Positions 1 through 12,793 of a stretch of 64,000 nt of DNA are shown here, piece by piece; within the stretch, counting starts at the first letter, position 1; each line of letters starts with the position of its first letter. This DNA is from Lophium mytilinum. Taxonomy: Eukaryota. The stretch covers positions 3,224,001 through 3,288,000 of the forward strand of contig MU004181.1 of the NCBI GenBank assembly GCA_010093605.1, written 5' to 3'. A program made the position numbers and the translations under genes. A model generated the notes under the pieces. The model searched no databases and had not been told where the DNA came from. It worked only from the letters and a program-made list of their open reading frames with translations.

Positions 1-1
1 T

Positions 2-418
2 CGAGATCATCTCGCCGTTCAAATCGCCTATCTTTATAGCTGGGCCCCTGCGCTGCAAGAGCGGGCGTTCGCAGACCACTTGATGTATGAGCATCGTCAG
101 TATCATTTCGATGTCCTGTCTGGAATGAGCCATGTCACAGTACCTTTCATCTCTCATCAAGGAAAGGTTCGAGAAGCATTACGGAAAGGGACACATGAGC
201 TTCGAGATTGCTCCGCTCGAGACAACAAAGACTTGTTCAGTGGAGAATGGGAGGCACGAGTGTTAGCCTCGATGCCTAATCCTTTCCCTGAAGAGCAAGA
301 AGATGGGAAAGTAGAAGATGGGTGGGAAATTTATGACCATGCAGAGGAGAATGAAAGCATGGCGAGCGGTTACACCAAGCCTGGCGGCTTGAGGGGTATC
401 AATAGGCAAGGATTTTAA
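2..418 (+). CDS. 3' part of a hypothetical protein whose start lies outside the window
   Basis: Frame is open from base 2 (RDHLAVQIAYLYSWAPALQERAFADHLMYEH...) to TAA at 416-418; no recognisable motif. Confidence 0.4.
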   Translation, partial: RDHLAVQIAYLYSWAPALQERAFADHLMYEHRQYHFDVLSGMSHVTVPFISHQGKVREALRKGTHELRDCSARDNKDLFSGEWEARVLASMPNPFPEEQEDGKVEDGWEIYDHAEENESMASGYTKPGGLRGINRQGF

Positions 419-1032
419 GAGCTTTGATAGCCTGGAGACCGCCGTGCGGGATGACACAACGAGCACCATAAAATCGTCCGCGCGAAGCTGATAACGCCCA
501 CTTCTTGCGAGAGCCCTCCTCACTTTTTTTTGGATCATCCGAAGAATTTTGACTAATACTTTTGCATTACCGACACCTCAGGTTCACGTTCAGCAGGGCT
601 AACTAGACCGTTCCCAACACAGCCAACAAGGCCAAGAGCTCGTGCAACTATTTACAATGAAGCAAAAAGAGACAAAGATACACTGTAAGCCGCGGATCAA
701 GCCCAGGCTACAATCAAAAGGATTTGCATCAGGACAAAAGGGGATATAGGTAGGATGCGAGGAGGACTGGCTCGCAGTAGGAAAACAAATGAACCCAGCG
801 CTTCCGCCTCTACATCGAGATAGACGGAATAAGAACAAACATTAGAGGTCGTGACAAACTGGCTGCATTAAGGAGATTTGGCAGTCGGAGGGGATAGGAG
901 GATAGACCAGGCAAACAAGGAACAGACAACACGGTTGACATTAGTGCGAAGTTCATGCACCTAGCTAAACCAATCAAAGCTTTTCGCTCTTAAGTTCGGA
1001 GACAGGAAGGGAATAGGGTCGCGAGCATGTCG

Positions 1033-2711
1033 TCAGACGTCTTCTGTAAACTTGGAACCCCTTGAGCCATCGTGTGAGGGATGACTCCGACCGAGAGTCC
1101 CTAGAGGCAGTGGTACAGGCGAGTGTGGCGGGCTTGGTCCATCGCGAAATGGTGGGTCCTCGTCAGGATGATGAATGACGGGCGTTCGTGCAGGTGACGG
1201 CATCATTTTCTCCTCTGTAATACCACCCACCGCTGCAGCCCCGACAGGTACGCCCGGTCCGCCATAAAAGCCTTGGCTATCACGGTAGAAAGACGAGCCT
1301 GACAGAGTGGATCTATCAAAGGGAACCGCGTCTGAAGTCATGCCTTCACTGAAAGCTGAGGGAAGTTTTCGTCCTGATATCTTCTGGAACCCTCGCTCTT
1401 GACCAGCGCCACCTGTTTCAGCCGTTCCCTTGGAGGATCCAGAAAAGCGGCTAAGGAAAGACGCTGCGGCGACAGGCATGAAGCTAATTTGTTGCGCCAT
1501 AGGCTGGCCAGCTAGGGCGACGGGTCCAGTGTCCGTGGTGTCGTTCGTCGTGGATAGCTGAATTGCTCCTTGTCGCTTTCGCTTGTATTGACGCAATAGG
1601 AAAAGAGCAATTACGAGCAGAATTGCAAGGCCAGCGAGGCTGCCAATAACGCCACCAACCACCTTGGGAGTCGAAACTGAATTGTTGTCGGAGCTGCCAC
1701 CGTCCCCATTGCCTGCCGCTGCTGTAGGCGTACTGCTGGCAGTTCCTGTGCCACCAGGACCTACACCGCCACCGCCCCCGAAAGCTGACGTTGTAGCTGA
1801 TGAAACTTGCTGCGATGTGGAGCCTGTGGTCTGGGATGATTGGCTAGATGAGTCTTGAGAAGTAGATGTGAGTCGAGATGTGGATAAGATTGTACTATTC
1901 AAGTCGACGGAGAAACTAGTACTGGACGAGGCGCTACCTGAGATATTGTGTTAGTGAATGCTCTTTAAAGCCAACAGAGATATTTACTTGAGTTTCCGCT
2001 AAAGCTGGAGAAATCAGCAACAGACACAACTGTTGAAGAAGAAGTAGAAGAAGAATTAGTGGAGTTGGCGGAGTTTGAAGTGGATATGGTTCCGGGAAGT
2101 GAAGTTGTCGCTGGTGAGAAGGTTAATGGAGGAGACGAGAGGACAACCTGGGAGCCCTGAATTTGGACGGATACTGCCGATCCTGCGGTAGAAGTGAACG
2201 GATATGCCGGGACCGAGGGCAGAGACAGCGAGGGAAATGGGGGCACAGCAGGTACGGTGAGGTCGCTGGGAAAAGCCGGCACCGCGGGAACCGATGGAAT
2301 TACAGCCACTGAAGATAGCGATGGTACAGCCAGAGCCGAAGCAATGGATGCAGCTGAGGTTCCTGTCGAAGTTGGTGTCACTGTTTCTACGCCAACTGTA
2401 TTGCCGTTTTGGTCTACGGTCGCGATAACGTTCACAATGACGGTAAGCTCTGAAGGCAGAGCGAGCTGTCGGCGTTGATGCATCCTCCGATGCATGTCGT
2501 GCATATCGCCAACCGCTCTGTGTCCCTTCATCTCGCGTGAAAGGAAGGATTCACGCTGATGTTCAATGGGCGGCTCTGAACCTTGCTTGGATAGTGGTAT
2601 TTCCAACGCAGCGACGTCGTTCACTTTCGGCAATTTGCCCGCGTCAAAGGCACGGCGGTAGGGCGCCTGTACTCTGGATAGTTTCTGTCGTTTTGAGGGA
2701 TGTTCCATCAC
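1033..2711 (-). CDS. Ser/Thr-rich single-pass membrane protein (Mid2/mucin-like architecture)
   Basis: ORFs 1965..2711 and 1033..1902 are joined by a GT-AG intron at 1938..1987 with a CTAAC branch site. Long S/T tract, TM helix VVGGVIGSLAGLAILLVIALFLL, basic stop-transfer RQYKRKR, cytoplasmic tail ending GSKFTEDV. Confidence 0.75.
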
Positions 2712-4153
2712 ACGATTAAGGATGGCAGCGCAGCAGCGCCAGAGGAGGGGCCGACACTCGCTGGGAGGGCGTGGCGTTGGTTCGAGGCGTGCTCAGCAGC
2801 AGGAGGAACGATTAGGGAGCGTGGTGATTGATAATCGTATCGTATCAATGGCGTGAAAGGAGTGGACGGCTTCGATGAAGGCTTGAGGGGGTCCAGTCGA
2901 TGGATTACAGCATGCGGAGCGCAATACGGAGGGCGTGAAACGAGTGGACGCCAGTAAGACTGGCCAGCGACGGAAGCTATCAATGTTAGAGATAGGCACA
3001 AGAGGATGCGCCGGCTGCACCACAGACACACACCTTGAGCAAGCAATTACGAGGGAGCGTGAGGAGCGTCGTGGGAACAGACGTCGTCGAGCATGTGTGC
3101 GCGGTGTGCAAACAGAGGTAGTGCGGCGGGCAAGAGCATAGGGGGTTCGCAGGCGTCCAGGCAGAGGGAGAGATCGCAGGCCGTCCTCAGACTCCTCTTG
3201 CGAGGGTGGCGTGGGTGATTGTCGACGACACAGCGGGCGCGGTGATGGTGAGGCTGCTCGGGGGAGGTGAGGTGGTGGAGCGACCTTAGATTCCACCTGA
3301 GGCCCACAGGGGGCGTCGGGGCTAACGACAGCCAATTTCGAGGAGGCCGGGGTGCCAGCCGTGACAGGAGCCAGAGGCCGCCCATGTCGTGCAAACAAAC
3401 ACGCCAACGCCTGTGTTGCGTCGCGCGGCCATGTGCGCGTCGGGGCATGCATCGCGGCATCGTCGTCGTCGAGGCGCCTGTATTGCAGTGTGCGGCGGCG
3501 GGTGCTGGCGAGGAATGCCCTTCTCCACATGCTCTATCGTGTGCATTTCGCCCAGCAGTGCACCTGCATGAGACCCTCGAGCCGTTCAGGTGGCCCGCGC
3601 CACCAATTAGAGCGTCCAGGTGGAGCCGAGCTCGGACGTGGGTTTCCAGAAGTCTGCTATTTTTGGCCGTTGGAGCTATCACGGCTATCACCACATCAAG
3701 CTCGGCCCTGTTGGTGTTGTCCCGTCGTCTCACACATCCGCCTCGAATCGATCGATCAACGGCTGGCCGTCCTGATCTGGGACAGCTTGGCTCGTTCCCG
3801 CTTCAAACACTCGCAGAAATACCCGAAGTGGCAAGCCTGAGACCTCCCAAGCTCATCGTACTCGTCCACAGGAGCACTGAAGCCGATACCCAGCCTCCGT
3901 TGGGTGTCGACTGGCAGGCCGTCTAGGTTGACTCGAAGAGCTATTAATTTGTCACCAGTGCTACTTCACGAATCCGAACCACAGAAAATAGGGTCAGTAG
4001 CAGTGGTAGCACGCATACACAAGCCAGGCGAACGCGTACTTTGGGAAACCACTTCTCATATATTCGTGAACATGTCGAAGACTTCAAAGCCTATCCGCCG
4101 CCGTTAGACCATCGAGATCCTCTACTCCCGGCATCTCTTCCCCCAGAGGCGAC

Positions 4154-5043
4154 TCACTTTTCCACCGAAGTCTTCTTGGCGTCCTCCTTCATCCCGGCTT
4201 GCACCCACGCTCGGTTGTCTGCCGCATGCTTTTCCGCCTTCGCCTTGTCCTTGATCAACTCTTTGATCTTGTGCGGATCCGGAACATGCCGTCCCTTCTC
4301 TACGCCTGGCCTCTTCTCCATCCTTTCTTCCCACGCCTTGAGCGCTGGAAATTGGTCGATTTCAATGCCTGCCCACCCCGCTGACGCCACCCACCCGTAG
4401 TTCGCAATGTCCGCGATCGTGCACTTATCCCCGACCAAATACTGTCCTGTAGCTGCCAGCTTCTTGTCCATGACGCCGTACAGTCGTCGCGTCTCGTTTT
4501 GGTATCGCGAGATGCCATACTCGAAGATATCTGGCGCATAGCGAGTAAAGTGATTTGCTTGCCCTTGTACATGGGCGTATTAGCGAATGTTTTGGTAAAT
4601 TTGTCCAGAACTCACAGCTTCTCACCTTGCATAGGACCGACGCCAGCATTCTGGAAGAACAGCCAGTTGTTCATCTCGTAGAACTCGCGAGTGCCCGCCG
4701 GGTACGAGATCTTATAATCTGTATCATAGCGGGACACCAGGTACTGCATTATGCTGCCCGACTCGAAGAGGTTGATTTGCTCGCCGTCGGTAAAGACATC
4801 GGTCAGGGCCGGTATCCGTCCATTGGGATTTATGGCAAGAAACCACGGCTCTTTTTGCGTGTTTTTGCCGATGTCGAGCTTCTGAGCCTTGTAGGGTATG
4901 CTAGAAATACTATGTTCAGTCCGAGTATCTAAGCTTGTATGAGGGTTGGAGCTCACGAACCCTAACTCCTCGAGAGTGATTGAGATCTTGATGCCATTGG
5001 GCGTCTGTGCCGTGTAAAGAGTAATGCTTGGGTCTGACGCCAT
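4154..5043 (-). CDS. Glutathione S-transferase (Ure2p/GstA-like class)
   Basis: TPNGIKISITLEELG, INPNGRIP, FESGSI, GPMQGQANHF and TIADIA motifs; introns at about 4901..4960 and 4565..4626. Confidence 0.93.
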
Positions 5044-5630
5044 GGTGTGAGTAGCAAGCTGAAACAACACAGACCAGAGGATGCTACAGATTTACGTGGC
5101 CGGGGTGCCGCTTTTATATGTCGACGTCAGGTGGGGTGAGCTTTGGGTAAATAGCGTTAAAATGAGGGGATGATTTCAAATAGCTGCGATGGCTTAAGGG
5201 TGATGCTCTCTACAACAATGCTCGCAACAAGCTTATATAGGATTTAGGTAGCAGCATTCTCCTTTAGGGAAACTTGCCATACTAAGCCCCAGTCCCAAGC
5301 CTGTAGATTGGATAGGTAAGCTGCTGGTCCAGATACTGAGTGTATCCGAACCTGCATCTGCCGTAGCGACATATGATGATTACTACTCTGGCCTTACAAG
5401 CCAAATAGGGCAACGCTGCCTGCAGCGGTCCAGCACTGCGCAAGGCTGGCATTCCCCTCCTAAGTTTTGCTTCGTTTTCTTGGGTGACAGGGTGAAGTGA
5501 TGCACGTGACGTGATTTGTCGCCAAGGCGCTAGCGAGAGCGCGCCTTCTTACCTGCAAGCTCGCCGCCCTCGCTTCCTCTTCCTTACGCCTCACTAACAA
5601 CAACGGTCGCACGTCGCCGTCGTCGCAGCC

Positions 5631-7852
5631 ATGGCCTGGAGAAACCAAGGAATCACTGGATCTAACAACATCCCGTTAGGCAACCGACGTAGATTCGGCG
5701 ATGAAGGCGGAACTCCTTCTGACGATGGCGGTTACAACCCGTCCGCTCCTGCGACTGGCCTCACCGAGATGAGCGCAAAGCGTGGCCGCAGCCCTGTGGG
5801 TAAGTCAACACCTCCGAGTCCCTCTTTGTCCGTCGCACTGCTAACTGTCATCTTAGTCGACGGAGACGGCAACCGCCGACGCAAGAGACGCAACCGCTGG
5901 GGAGATACCACGGACAACAAGGCTGCCGGACTGATGGGCCTCCCAACCGCCATCACCGCTAATATGACTACTGAGCAGCTTGACGCCTACGCCCTGAATC
6001 TGCGCATCCAAGAGATCACCCAGAAGCTCAGGATCAGTGACGTGGTTCCCGCCGACGGAGATAGGTACGTTTGTCGTGCATCATCCTCCCTCGAACATGT
6101 ACTGACTGTCGACAGGTCTCCTTCGCCAGCCCCCCAGTACGACAACTTCGGACGTCGCGTGAACACCCGTGAATATCGCTACCGCAAGCGCCTTGAGGAT
6201 GAGCGCCACAAGCTCATAGAGAAGGCCATGAAGGTCATCCCTGACTATCAACCGCCGCAGGACTATAGGCGCCCGACCAAGACGCAAGAGAAAGTCTATG
6301 TCCCGGTCAATGACTATCCAGAGATTAACTTCAGTATGATCACTAACCCCGCTTTTTGATTTTTGACATCTTTTCCTCTCAAATGCCCATCCCGATCTTG
6401 CCTGTCGTATTCTTTCTGAGTCGGCATCGCTCTATCACTAACCCATTCACTCACTCACTTACACGCTTGCCTCAATATTTTTGATAAACAGACACTAACA
6501 TACTTTTCTTTGCTACTAACAGTTGGTCTACTTATCGGCCCTCGTGGCAACACCCTCAAAAAGATGGAATCTGAATCCGGCGCCAAGATCGCCATCCGAG
6601 GCAAAGGCTCCGTAAAGGAAGGAAAAGGTCGTTCTGATGCCGCGCACACCAGCAACCAGGAGGAAGATCTGCATTGCTTGATCATGGCCGATACCGAGGA
6701 CAAAGTCAATAAAGCCAAGAAGCTTATCCACAACGTGATTGAGACGGTAAGTCGGGTACCTCGTCACGCCGACCGTACAACGCTAAACTATAATCAAGGC
6801 TGCATCCATCCCGGAAGGTCAGAACGAGCTAAAGCGCAACCAGCTTCGTGAGCTTGCTGCACTGAACGGTACCCTGCGTGACGACGAGAATCAGGCCTGT
6901 CAAAATTGTGGAGAAATCGGCCATCGCAAATACGACTGCCCACAGGCGAAGAACTTCACCGCTAACGTTATCTGCCGTGTCTGTGGTAATGCAGGCCATA
7001 TGGCTCGAGATTGCCCAGATCGTCAGCGAGGTGCCAACTGGCGCAACGATGACAGAGGTGGACCCAACGATCGTCCTGCTCCTAGCAGAATCGGTAATGT
7101 ATCAGCCATAGACAACGATATGAACGCGCTCATGCAAGAGTTAGGAGGCGGTAATATCCCGCAGCATCGCATCGAATCTGGTGCAGGTTCCTATGACAAA
7201 TCTAACTCTGGCTTTCACGACAAACCTGGCTCTGGTGCCTACGACAAGTCTGGCCCGGGTGGTTACGACAAATCTGGTTCGGGTAGATACGACAATGGCC
7301 CGCCTAGCAACGGAAACTATGCGGGTGACGACAACCTCAAGCCCTGGCAGCGTGGCCCAACCGGTGCTGCGGCTCCCTGGGCGCAGCAGCGCGGCCGAGA
7401 TGACCGAGACGGTGGTCCTTCAGGCGCACCCGCTCCTTGGGCCTCCAGCGGTGGACGTGGTGGAGACACCTACGGCTATGGTAACTACAATGCGGCTCCT
7501 CAAGGTCCCCCAGGTAGCGCGACTCCTTGGCAGCAACCGGCTCCTCCTCCACCCCCAGGAAATGGATATGGAGGCTACGGCGCGGCTTCGTACAATCAGC
7601 AAGCTCCCGGATATGGCCCAGCCCCTGGATTGGGTGCTCCCCCGGGCATGGCACCACCGCCTGGACTCGAAGCTCTGTTCCAGAACTATGGTAGTGCGAC
7701 GAGCCCGCCTCCTCCACCGCCGCCCGGAGATGCCCCTCCCCCCGTGAGTTCAAACATTCGTTGTCTTTGTCCGTACCCCCTCCACCAGTACTGGCTGACA
7801 AAGCTTCAAGCCTCCTCCCTCAGACTTGCCCCCTCCACCGCCACCGGCTTAG
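5631..7852 (+). CDS. MSL5: Branchpoint-bridging protein BBP/Msl5/SF1 (KH-QUA2, two CCHC zinc knuckles, Pro-rich tail)
   Basis: RRKRRNRW (ULM), [29 protein letters not shown] (KH GxxG), CQNCGEIGH and CRVCGNAGH knuckles. Introns 5800..5856, 6065..6115, 6334..6522, 6747..6798, 7744..7810; stop TAG at 7850-7852. Confidence 0.96.
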
Positions 7853-8252
7853 GTCGGCGACATTCATCAGTCTAGGGAGCGCTTCTCAATCAGGGATGGC
7901 TTCACATAGTGGGCTCAACGGTAGATGCAGTGGTTGTGGTAATGTGCTCTGTGCTTTCCCCACTTCCAGGTTCCTTTTGCGAAAGTCAACACTTTCGTTT
8001 ACTCCCCTCTCTTGGCATCAAGTTGTATGCAGTTTGACTTCTGCAATGTCTTGGAGGTCTCTTTCTTTCGATTCACCGAGGCAATGGTTTGCTCTCCAGC
8101 CAGTCACTGTACTTTAGTGCAAAATTTTGCATGGGTCGAATTGGCTGTATGTTGATCTTCTTTGCTTGAGTGAGTGAAATGTAACTCTGATGATACTGAA
8201 CCAAGGTCGGCGCTGAAGTGGGCGTGTGGAACAATGAACCATCCTTAGCTAT

Positions 8253-8412
8253 TGCGGTCATGGATGCAGGAGGCACTCTGCGGCTTTGGAACCCGAGCCT
8301 CGTGCAACCGACGAAGAAGAAAGAGACAGCGCTGCGGTCATGGATGCAGGAGGCACTCTGCGGCTTTGGAACCCGAGCCTCGTGCAACCGACGAAGAAGA
8401 AAGAGACAGCGC
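8253..8412. repeat. Perfect 80-bp direct tandem duplication (2 copies)
   Basis: 8253..8332 is identical to 8333..8412 (TGCGGTCATGGATGCAGG...GAGACAGCGC); lies between the convergent BBP and KU80 genes. Confidence 0.95.
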
Positions 8413-8609
8413 TGTAACATCCATGGTTTATAGATGAAGGTTTAGGAAGGCATGCTCACAGCAAGAATCACGGAGAACCTAGCAAGCTGAAAGTGAACAT
8501 TTCGCAGAGCCATCCAGGGCTCGCCAGATACCCGCCCTACATACTCCAGCGATGCATTTTCCGAAGCCAACAATGCTTGTCTTTGTGAGGTAGAAGCCAT
8601 GCCACGCCC

Positions 8610-11358
8610 TCAAGTCGGCGGCTTCCAAAACTCCCTTGCCACCTCCTCCGTCACTTCAGAGAACGGCGATAGCTTCTGATCAATCAGCCCGACCCTGTTC
8701 ATCCGTACCTTCATCCACATGTCCCTACGGTTCCCATTCAGCTCCTCGCGGAAGATCTTCGTCTTGAGCTCCTGCATGAAGCCGTTGAAGAGGGCGGGTT
8801 CCTCCAGCTCTGTCATCTCTTCGCGCATGACGCGGATGCACTCGATGGCTTGGCCGTAGCGCGAGTCGCCGACGCTGTTGGTGATGTATGAGTAGACGAC
8901 CTTGGCGAGGTCGGCGACGGCGATTTTGAAGGTGTCGATGTTGTCCGTGGTCGCGAGGGTTTGCTTGAAGGTGGGGATGGGGTTGCTGGGGTCGACGCGG
9001 GCGCGTTTCGGTTGCCCGCTGAGGAGCTCGTCGATGTTGAGACCTGAGAGGGGCTTTTCGCGTTCGCGGGTGCGTTTGCGGCCCTGTTGTTTGGGTGGGA
9101 CTGGGGGGGGGAGGTTAGAGGGAGGATAGACTGGGGGTTGAAGGAGAAGGGGGTTACCTTTCTTGACATCACTCGCTCGCATCAGCGCTTCGAGGAGAGG
9201 TTTCGATGACTCTGCGAGCTCTTCTGGAGGAGTAGAGAATTTCGTTAGGATGGCAGGTGGGCCGGGTAAGTCTTGAGCGGTAGGATGGGTAGCGCGCCAG
9301 CGGACGATTTGATGGACGCGGTGGACTAGGGGGGAGTAGGTTTCGTCCATGGGCATGTAATCGGCCGGATTACTACCAGTTGTTAGTCTTCGTGATCTTG
9401 CAGGGCAGAAGACAAACTTACCCATCGTCGTCGGCCCCGAAAGTTGATAGGTCCATAGCATCCACATATGCGCTCATAGCATCCATCAACTCCGGCGTCG
9501 GTAGATCTCGATGTTGCGTCAGGCTTTTGCCAGCCACAGTGACCTTTCTGTCGAGCGGAGGAAATTTGTAATCGCGAACATCCTCAGCAAACGGTAGCTC
9601 AAAGTCAATCAAGCCCTCGAAATCTGGCTGGATCAGAGGTGCAAGCAGCAGTATCAAAGGATTCTTCTTTTCTTTTGCGGCGAAGCGAGCGACTGCATAC
9701 GAGGCTGTCTCATATAAAGCGTGGATGAACGAGGAGAGAGCTAGACTCGCCATGTCGTTCCCCTTTTGAGCGACGATGATGTTGGTCTTGGTCATGGCTA
9801 GGTATCGTTCAAACTAAGCAGTGTCAGCATGTTTCTCTTCGTTGCACGCTCCTCAGCTAACCTTGTCCTCCGGTATGAAACCAATGATATCAAGAGAAGG
9901 CAGAGTGTCGAGCTCTAATATGACTTTGTCGGTCTCAGCTATGTGCACAGCGGTTCGGCCATACGCATAGCCGCTCTCCAGCTCCTCTTGTGGGACATCG
10001 ATCTTGGAACCAGTTTCGCCTTCTTTTTGGATTTGAAAAACACGCTGGGTCTTCACTCCACCTAGAACTTCTTCGTTTAATCCGTCCCCGGCGTCTTCAG
10101 CTACAGTGTGTGTTGACTGAGTACCGTCCTCTGCTGCTGGATCACGTTTGATGAACCAAGTTTTTGCAGTTACCGGACGTGCAATAGAGGTCCGGGGGTA
10201 TCGTTCGACATTGATAGTCATGGCAGAGTCATACTTCTCGGGGTTACCTAGAGTGAGTGTGCCTTGATAGGACTTGACGGGTCGAGTTTTCTTCGTCTCA
10301 GGAGTGTCTATTCCTTCCACGGCTTCGGCAAGGGTAGCGAATACACCACCACAGTCATCGGTCAGTTTTTTTAGGTATGCTTCGATTTCAGTCTTTAAAC
10401 AAGTTTTAGCCAATAGCCACGAGTTTTGACAAAAGCAATGAATGGCCTCTGTACCTTTTCATGAGTTTTTTCTTCTTCCTTGAATCCAAAATCAGCGTCG
10501 TCAAAGTCCACTCCGCTAAGGCATTTTAGCTGATGCACTGAAATAGACGTCTAGGTATGGAATAGCGAAGCAACGCTTCAAACTTACATAAGAACTAGCT
10601 GGATCCCATCTTCCTTGATCTTGCTTACAATGGCGTCTAGTTGGTCACTGTCTTCCGGGTTCATAGTGCCTAGGCCGCTCGTAATGAGAACGATTTTCCG
10701 TTTGTATTGAAGCGGTTTGCCACTTTTGCCTTTTGTAGCGTTGGCAATCATCGTGATTGCAGCAACGACGGCGGATATTGCTGCTGACTATTAGAAACGT
10801 AAACACTAGCCAACGCCACAAACTAACCATCGCCTTCATCGGAAGCACTAGGGACAAGCTTTGCTTGCAAATCGCGAACATCCGATAACAGAGTCCTTTG
10901 GGGGTGTCAGCCATGGCTGGGATTTTGGCCACACATTGGGGATGGCATACTGCTTCAGAGTTTGTAGAACGGAGATGTTCTCATACCCTTCGGGATCATT
11001 GACGCCAGCATCAGAAACATTGGTGCCTTAGAACAATGTCAGTAACGAATAATATCACCGATAACGGATGGACGCGTAAAACCAATTGATCAAGTTAATG
11101 CTACCATGAATGCAACGTACCATCTGTCCGCAGACCAATCACACCAAGATTTAACGTTTTACGGCCTGTCATGACCTAGTTGACATTGAGATTCGAACAG
11201 ATGTATAGTTCTATGAGGAGATAACTTACGGCGGACGTGACTTTGTCCCAGAAGTACTGCAGCGCCCAATCAAGATCGGTCTTATCACGATCATGGTGCT
11301 TCTTGCCCATTGACCGCCCGATGTCTACAATGTAGACAGTCGCCTCTTTGTCGGCCAT
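8610..11358 (-). CDS. KU80: Ku80, ATP-dependent DNA helicase II subunit 2 (NHEJ)
   Basis: N-terminus [12 protein letters not shown] (vWA), [47 protein letters not shown]-terminal domain with NPIPTFKQ; multiple GT-AG introns. Confidence 0.96.
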
Positions 11359-11675
11359 ATCGACTGTCGTCTTTGATCATGTATCGGAGGGGAGATGTTG
11401 TAATGTAGAATTGAAACAGGGAAAGGTTAACGATGGCCGGGACCGCATCGCAAGGCAGCACAACGACAATTCTAGGCGACAACGCGCCACTTTGAAACGC
11501 GCGGTCACGAGATTCCGAAACGCGGCACGACTTCGGCATGAAAGCAAGCATCATCGGTTTCCCGAGGTCTATCTATTCTTCACTATCCCTCTGGTAGCAT
11601 TACCTCCAACTAGACTGTACAAACCCCATCTCACTCCTTACGAAACGCCTGTAAATATCATACGCCCGCGCCGCC

Positions 11676-12291
11676 ATGTCCTCTCTATCCGCCCTAACGA
11701 AGCCGGAGCCCTACCATCTTCTCAGGTATGTACTAGACTATTCCCGCGTAATTGCCGCGGCGTTCTTTGAATGCAGCGTCACCAACAGCATAATTCCCGA
11801 GTATAGCAGCTGATATAGACTTGTATAGCTATGGCACGCTCCTCGGAAGCACCCTCTTTCAATCCTTCGTTGGTGGAATAATCGCATTCCGCGTCCTACC
11901 GCGGCCCCAGTTCTCAGTCCTCCAATCCCACATATTCCCAGTCTACTTCACGATGCAGACAGCTCTACCAGTAGCACTTGCTCTGACATACTCCGGCGGC
12001 CCCAAGGTATTGGCGCAGCAGACACTCCCGGCGTCACTCATCGGAACCATGATTGTCACCGGCGTGATCAACTGGGTCTGGATAGGTCCTGCAACAACCC
12101 AATGTATGAAGGAGCGGAAACACCAGGAGACGCGTGATGGAAAGAAAAGCTATGACGCCGGTCCACATAGCACAGAGATGCAGCAGCTGAATAAGCGTTT
12201 TGGGACCCTCCATGGCGTGAGCAGCTTGCTAAACTTGTTTGCGTTCATCTCCACTATTTGGTACGGATTTGTGCTTGGGGAGCGGCTATAG
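11676..12291 (+). CDS. TMEM205/DUF4149-like membrane protein
   Basis: MSSLSALTKPEPYHLLS, intron from 11726, then YGTLLG...FQSFVGGIIAF..LPRPQF..LQ..IFPVYF and FGTLHGVSSLLNL; four hydrophobic segments. Confidence 0.85.
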
Positions 12292-12793
12292 ACTCTCGCG
12301 CTTCAGAATCAGGGCATACTATACGGATGATGCTTGTGCAGGCGCAAGCAGTTTCGCTGTGGGAAAGATAGATAGCCTGTCCTGCCTCCGTAAATCAACA
12401 TCTCCATATTCACTATCGTCGTTCGTAGCCTCTCTTCTGTGCAATTCACTCCGGCAATGCTACCGCCATTCAAGCCGTCCTCGCGCCTATTGGTTACAGT
12501 GGACCCTTGCACATGTCTGCAGGTGAGCCAAACCAGCTCCTGCCGCCGCTAAATGGCTTGGCTGACCTCAGTGCCTTTAGTGGGGTGAGCCAGATTGAAT
12601 CCTCAACACCACCAGCTTCCAAGACATCCAAGACACGCAGCCATCCAATTTCTCGCCAGCAACAGTGCCAGCCTGGCTCGCCACGTAGATTGCTCCCGAA
12701 CCTCTAAGACAAGAGTACTTCACTGTCGCTGCTATTTGTGGCACAGCTCTTGGTCCTAAAATTGTCCAAGCACATAGCTAAAATCACCCAGCA

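Noticed and set aside
2708..3926. Stack of overlapping 100-245 aa ORFs on both strands
   Set aside because: GC-rich, Arg/Ala/Pro-rich shadow ORFs with no motifs; more likely the upstream region of the 1033..2711 gene.
7180..7295. YDKSG-type repeats in BBP
   Set aside because: Low-complexity coding repeat in the variable Gly-rich region.
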